Positions 59,308 to 64,000 of a DNA stretch of 64,000 nucleotides are shown in pieces. The stretch covers positions 423,159 to 487,158 of the forward strand of contig CAWBPM010000002.1 in the NCBI GenBank assembly GCA_963790825.1. The letters run 5' to 3'. The stretch's first letter is position 1, and the number at the start of each line of letters is the position of its first letter. Position numbers and translations under genes: made by a program. The DNA comes from Candidatus Levyibacteriota bacterium. Its GTDB lineage: Bacteria; Patescibacteriota; Microgenomatia; Levybacterales; UBA12049. The notes beneath the pieces are model-generated. The model was not told the DNA's origin, did not search any database, and worked only from the letters and a program-made list of their open reading frames with translations.

Positions 59308-59602
59308 TAATAATTATAGTAAAGAAAAGCCCATCTGAAGTCAAGAAACACTAGTGAAGCCTCATTTGAAACATCTGAAAAAACAGACCTAACTCATCTA
59401 ATTTCTTAAACTGCTTTCTGCCTGTTTCTAAAATCAGCTCTCTTTCATAATCGGCAATTGTTTTGATTCTTTTCTTTTGCTGTATAAATTTGGGCAAAGG
59501 AAATTTCATATATTAATAATGAGGCATGTTGTTGTATTTTCCGTTACAAAAACGTAAGGAATAGGAAAGAAGAAAATTTCCGGTGTTATAATAGAAATTA
59601 AT

Positions 59603-60316
59603 ATGACCAGCTTTATTATTGCGGGGAAGAACTGGGAAAAACAGGAAAAGGAAGTAAAAAAAATTGCAAGCCGATTTCATGTGAACCGATTTGATCTCAC
59701 GATTATCACGAGAGAACAGACGGATGGAAAAGCCAAACAAAGCCTGGGGATTGAAGACGTAAAGAACATGCAAAAGAAGCTGTTTCTAAAGCCTATAGAA
59801 AGTCCTGCCAAGGCCGTGGTACTGAAAGAAGCGGAACTTTTAACCATTGAAGCACAAAATGCATTGCTAAAAGTTTTGGAAGAACCACCGGATCATACAA
59901 TAATTATTTTGACAGTCGATACTCTTGACGCACTTCTGCCGACGATTCAATCGAGATGCCGTATTATCCAGCTGCCGGAAGAAATTGTGTCAATCGGAGA
60001 CACAGAAGCCGATGAATACAAAAAATTGGCGGAGAATTTGACACATCAGTCGATCGGTGAGTCTCTCAGGATCGCTGAGTCTTTGAGTAAAAATAAAGAC
60101 GGGGCAATCCTGTGGCTCGAGAAAATGATTGTTGTGACAAGAAAAGAGTTACTTAATCTCGCGCAAAAGAAAACGGATCCAACAAATGTCGATCTTTCCC
60201 AGCAAGATAAGTATCTGCGAATATTAAAATCATTTCAGAAATTCCGGATTCTTTTAAAAACAACCAACGTCAATCTCCGCCTCGCCCTGGAAAACCTCTT
60301 TCTGTCTCTAGGCTAA
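59603..60316 (+). CDS. holB: DNA polymerase III delta' subunit-like
   Basis: ...QNALLKVLEEPPDHTIIIL...SRCRIIQL (clamp-loader boxes). It lacks a Walker A motif, as is typical for delta'. Confidence 0.65.
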   Translation: MTSFIIAGKNWEKQEKEVKKIASRFHVNRFDLTIITREQTDGKAKQSLGIEDVKNMQKKLFLKPIESPAKAVVLKEAELLTIEAQNALLKVLEEPPDHTIIILTVDTLDALLPTIQSRCRIIQLPEEIVSIGDTEADEYKKLAENLTHQSIGESLRIAESLSKNKDGAILWLEKMIVVTRKELLNLAQKKTDPTNVDLSQQDKYLRILKSFQKFRILLKTTNVNLRLALENLFLSLG

Positions 60317-60356
60317 ATCTATTTCTTTTCAAAATACCTGTGCTATAATCCCGTGT

Positions 60357-60566
60357 ATGCCGGAAATAGAATTAGGTCCAAGAGCCAAGCAAAATTTACA
60401 AATTGCTAAAGAGTCTGCAATCGATTGGGGGATTGATAGAGCCAGACAATTCTTGTCAACCGGCGTGAGACGCAATGGTGTGGGCAGACTGTTTCAATTG
60501 ATTCTCCCGACAGAATATCAAGTCTTAAACGGCGCAGATAAAAAATTATTATCTCTGCAGCACTAG
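60357..60566 (+). CDS. hypothetical small protein
   Basis: 69-aa ORF; no domain recognised. Confidence 0.2.
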   Translation: MPEIELGPRAKQNLQIAKESAIDWGIDRARQFLSTGVRRNGVGRLFQLILPTEYQVLNGADKKLLSLQH

Positions 60567-60611
60567 GGTTTCGGCATTATCGAATGTTATCCTCATTCCA
60601 ATAAAGATGAT

Positions 60612-61250
60612 GTGCCGACGAATCAACAGGTTCAATATCCCCGTTACCGGACGCTTCGCGAAAAACCGATTGAAGTCCCGATTGCCAGACATCAGGTTGA
60701 TGAGAAAATCATATTATTATCCCGGTTGACCGATTTATGGTTGGATCAAATTATTACGCCGCATACTGTTCGGGCAAGAAAAAATTTTGATAAACAGGGC
60801 AATAAGATTAAGGATTCGGGAAAAGATCAATATATCACCCATGCAAGGGAAGCGCTCATGCAAGGAGGAACGGTAGTTATCGCTCCGGCAGCCGAAAGAC
60901 AACTACAATTAAAGCCTTTTCGTGCCGATGCGCTGCCGAATCTTCTCGAAGAAACAAAAGATATTCCCAGAGTCGGCTTGGCGTTTTTCGGACACAAGAT
61001 TGAAGGTGTTACGAATTATGAGGATGTCAAAGATAAAAACCAATTCGGCAAAAAACATATTGTTACTCTCGGTTATGTATATACGAGGCGAGAACTGAAT
61101 CAATTTGCCAAACAATACGACTTAACTATTAATGAAATAGCCTTTGTGCTCATGAGCGACCTCGCCCCTCAAGCATTCAGAAGCACAGAATTTTCAGATA
61201 ATCCAAAATATCAGTCTTTTCTCCAAGGTCTAAAACAACCTATTATATAA
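60612..61250 (+). CDS. hypothetical protein
   Basis: 212-aa ORF with a GTG start; no domain recognised. Confidence 0.3.
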   Translation: MPTNQQVQYPRYRTLREKPIEVPIARHQVDEKIILLSRLTDLWLDQIITPHTVRARKNFDKQGNKIKDSGKDQYITHAREALMQGGTVVIAPAAERQLQLKPFRADALPNLLEETKDIPRVGLAFFGHKIEGVTNYEDVKDKNQFGKKHIVTLGYVYTRRELNQFAKQYDLTINEIAFVLMSDLAPQAFRSTEFSDNPKYQSFLQGLKQPII

Positions 61251-61362
61251 TATTGGGCACTCATTTTTCAGATGCATGCTCTAAATAAATAATAATTGAT
61301 TTGGTAATTTCTTAACATAAATACCACCTTAGATCCAATCATTTGACTGCTCAAATTAGATT

Positions 61363-63381
61363 GTGCAATACTTGCATTATATGGACTTACACGGCGAAAG
61401 TCAGCAGACAGTAGATTCTCAGTCTCAGACACAAACAGAGCCACAATCAATTCATAATTCTCTTAAAATAAAACCAGTAAATAAATATTTATGGTTACTA
61501 ATTATTGCAGTCAGTATTATTCTGGTCGCTGCAGGTTATGGAAGTAATTTCTTTACTAGACCCAGACAAACTCAACACATAGTTTTACATACTCCTTCAG
61601 AACCAATTAAATTATCACTAATCTATTCGTTGGATAAAGCACATTTGCAAGATCATGATTATGATACTTTGATTAATGATTCAACTCAAACGTATATTTC
61701 TGACTTGAGTAGACAAAATACCAAAACAATATCAATTGGGTATGACTATAAAAATAATATTGACACGAATACATCCCTGTTCCAAACGACGCCAAATGGG
61801 AAATATATCATAAGAACACTTTACGGCAAGATTGAAATAAGCTCTGTTGATAATCCAACAAATTTCCAAACAATTTCTCCGCAAGGAGACAATTATTTCA
61901 TCTCACAAGATAGCACAAAAATGATAACTAAAGACGAAGCGGAGATTCATATTATTGATCTTTCTGATCCCCACAATATAATAAATGTTTCGCCACCTAA
62001 TCCAGAAGATATTAATCCTATTATTGGATATGACACAAATAAACATCGACTATATATTCATCGTTCATCATATTTCAAATATGATTATATTGACATTTTA
62101 ACTATTGATAACCAAGGAAACATTCTTAATTCAAAAGAGGAGAATGATTATAATTTCATCACAGAGTTTTCTTCAGATTTTCACTATGCATTTTTTGAAG
62201 ACATAGGGACCCAAGCAGATGGATATCCTGAGTATATATATAAAGAGGATCTAAATACAGGTCGAAAAACAATTCTTGCAACTTTACCAAAAGGTGATAG
62301 TCCAGTTGATATCAAATTATCTCCCACACAGGACACTTTATCCTTTTTTAATAATGCTCCCATTAGTGGTAGTAATGATTGGAACAACAAATTATATATC
62401 GTCAACCTTAAGACTAATTATGTACGTATAGTTAATGTTCCAGCCGGATTTACGCCCGAGGTGAAAAACTATATTTCCCCAGACGGTAAGTATTTTTTGC
62501 TTTATAACAGTTCCACATGTCGAAATGATACATGTACAACTAATAACGAGCAGAAAGTTATTTATTCAATCGCAAACAATAAATTCTATCTATACTATCA
62601 ACCAGTAGGAATAAATGAAGCAAATCAAGACGAGGGAAGCAAAACGAGTTACCATAATATTGAAACCATGACTATATTTGGTTGGCTTGCCGCTCCATCG
62701 GGGAGCAAAACTTCAGTATCCTTACCTGAATTTGACCTATCACCTGAACTGGCGACGCCAACTCCAAACCCACTTGTAACTAGCAGTTATCCGTTAATGC
62801 AAATTGATTTATCTAAAAATAAATATTACTATTCTCCTTACCAGTATCCTGATGAGATATTAAACGCTAAACCAGAAAATCTTATCGGCATGAAATGTTC
62901 GCCCAGATTTGCTTGTGATCCTCCTTACGATTCCTGTTGGGAATTTGATCCAAATAACTTTGGTCAAACGGTTACCAATAAAGATCCACAGTTTATTAAA
63001 GTGGTGAAAGAAGCAGCAGCTTCTATAGACGTCAAGCAATCTTCAGACAGCTTAGAAAATATTACAATATGCCAAACCAGAAGTGGCAATACTATAGTTG
63101 AATATCAAACTCTCGGTAATTCGGATCCAAAAATTGGATTGGCAGATGGTCTTGATTACGTTGGTTATGCTCCTTTAAATGAAAATTTAAAAAGAGTGGC
63201 AACGATAAATTCGCAAGCAGATGAGCATGCCTGTGACGAACCTATTATGCTCACCAACAATCTTGATTTTTATTTAAATTGCCAAGAGGATCAGAAAGAG
63301 ATAATGTATAAAATAAATCTTAATAATGCGGGACTGCAGCCAGTTATTAGCTGTGATAGAGATGCAAATGTTTGCCAATAA
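61363..63381 (+). CDS. membrane-anchored extracellular protein, Cys-rich C-terminus (hypothetical)
   Basis: TM anchor at residues ~45-65. Long beta-rich region. The C-terminal ~170 aa hold 10 Cys. Confidence 0.35.
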   Translation: MQYLHYMDLHGESQQTVDSQSQTQTEPQSIHNSLKIKPVNKYLWLLIIAVSIILVAAGYGSNFFTRPRQTQHIVLHTPSEPIKLSLIYSLDKAHLQDHDYDTLINDSTQTYISDLSRQNTKTISIGYDYKNNIDTNTSLFQTTPNGKYIIRTLYGKIEISSVDNPTNFQTISPQGDNYFISQDSTKMITKDEAEIHIIDLSDPHNIINVSPPNPEDINPIIGYDTNKHRLYIHRSSYFKYDYIDILTIDNQGNILNSKEENDYNFITEFSSDFHYAFFEDIGTQADGYPEYIYKEDLNTGRKTILATLPKGDSPVDIKLSPTQDTLSFFNNAPISGSNDWNNKLYIVNLKTNYVRIVNVPAGFTPEVKNYISPDGKYFLLYNSSTCRNDTCTTNNEQKVIYSIANNKFYLYYQPVGINEANQDEGSKTSYHNIETMTIFGWLAAPSGSKTSVSLPEFDLSPELATPTPNPLVTSSYPLMQIDLSKNKYYYSPYQYPDEILNAKPENLIGMKCSPRFACDPPYDSCWEFDPNNFGQTVTNKDPQFIKVVKEAAASIDVKQSSDSLENITICQTRSGNTIVEYQTLGNSDPKIGLADGLDYVGYAPLNENLKRVATINSQADEHACDEPIMLTNNLDFYLNCQEDQKEIMYKINLNNAGLQPVISCDRDANVCQ

Positions 63382-63507
63382 GTAACTTTATTAAGCCTCA
63401 TAAATTCTTTACCTCCTGTGCTATGCCACTTCGCCTTGCTTAGCAGAGCTACGCTGGGCATTATACTTATTGTATTTTGAAAACAGAGGGGTATACAATA
63501 AGGCCGT

Positions 63508-64000
63508 ATGAATCTCCCGTACCGTCTTCGCCCTCTTACCCTTTCCGATTTCGTCGGGCAGGAATATTTAATCGGAGAAGGAAAATTGATTCGTAAAATG
63601 ATCGAGTCAGACAATCTTTTCTCTATGATTCTCTGGGGACCGCCGGGAAGCGGAAAAACAACGCTTGCATCTATTATCGCCCATGAGACACACGCTGATT
63701 TTCATGAAGTTTCAGGCGTAACAGCCGGTAAGGAAGCACTGTTAAAAATCGTAGAAATAGCGAAAAAGAACAGAGAAACACAAATCACAACGATTCTTTT
63801 TATCGATGAAATTCACCGCTGGAATAAAGCCCAGCAGGACGCGCTTCTGCCGCACGTTGAAAGCGGACTGATTACGCTCATCGGCGCTACAACTGAAAAT
63901 CCGTCCTTCGAAATTATCAGCCCTTTACTTTCTAGATGTCGCGTGTTCGTTCTGAAAAGCTTAAACAAAGAAGATCTGGAAAAAATTATTACCCGTGCAC
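63508..64000 (+). CDS. rarA: replication-associated recombination protein A (MgsA/RarA), 5' part
   Basis: MNLPYRLRPLTLSDFVGQEYLIG...ILWGPPGSGKTTLA...FIDEIHRWNKAQQDALLPHVE are AAA+ RarA hallmarks. It runs off the window end. Confidence 0.8.
   Translation, partial: MNLPYRLRPLTLSDFVGQEYLIGEGKLIRKMIESDNLFSMILWGPPGSGKTTLASIIAHETHADFHEVSGVTAGKEALLKIVEIAKKNRETQITTILFIDEIHRWNKAQQDALLPHVESGLITLIGATTENPSFEIISPLLSRCRVFVLKSLNKEDLEKIITRA

Noticed and set aside
1-64000. CRISPR arrays, rRNA genes, integrase or transposase genes.
   Set aside because: No regularly spaced direct repeats, no rRNA-like conserved blocks, and no tyrosine/serine recombinase or DDE transposase signatures were seen. The islands here lack their own mobility genes.

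Overview
This ~64 kb window appears to come from a low-GC bacterium, roughly 35-43% GC judged by eye. Several features are typical of uncultivated small-genome lineages (CPR/Patescibacteria-like): a type IV pilus set with no secretin, a short trigger factor lacking the PPIase domain, rpsP-KH-trmD with no rimM, a pyruvoyl-dependent arginine decarboxylase, and a giant LamG/ConA-like surface protein. The standard genetic code applies, because TGA is the stop at the conserved pheS/pheT junction.

From left to right the window contains:
1. A 2-oxoacid:ferredoxin oxidoreductase operon (FNR-like, fused gamma-alpha, beta, small ferredoxin, second FNR-like). The beta subunit is broken by a single-base frameshift.
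2. An NYN-domain gene.
3. A ~5.3 kb DUF2341 + multi-LamG repeat gene that has decayed into five ORF fragments by two point-nonsense codons and three homopolymer frameshifts.
4. A cassette inserted at its 3' end: an Avd-like four-helix-bundle gene, Phd/RelE, an orphan LamG 3' fragment, and BrnA/BrnT with BrnT frameshifted in a T8 tract.
5. A roughly 7 kb AT-richer island lying between a degenerate tRNA fragment and two tRNA-Leu genes. It encodes an HKD/PLD nuclease and a co-directional operon of nucleotide-handling enzymes: a nucleoside 2-deoxyribosyltransferase-like/RHH protein, a B12-binding radical SAM, a CYTH-like protein, cytidylate kinase, Nudix, and an NDK fused to a protein-kinase-like domain. 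This is the most likely candidate for a previously undescribed modified-nucleotide (defence or modification) system.
6. tRNA-Leu x3 and tRNA-Val, two paralogous secreted muramidase-like proteins, trigger factor, and a GC-rich candidate ncRNA.
7. An E. coli-like thrS-infC-rpmI-rplT-(pheM-like leader/attenuator)-pheS-pheT operon.
8. An orphan 530-aa protein, PBP1A, tyrS, recG, and rpmF-nusB-rnc-rpsP-KH-trmD.
9. A type IV pilus locus (pilMNO, PilX-like, four pseudopilins, pilD, pilA ... pilC-pilT-pilB). It is interrupted by a GAF histidine kinase, an AbiE toxin-antitoxin cassette flanked by 20-bp direct repeats, a DUF2156 protein, a DMT transporter and pdaD.
10. holB, hypothetical genes, and partial rarA.

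No CRISPR array, rRNA gene, integrase or transposase was recognised.
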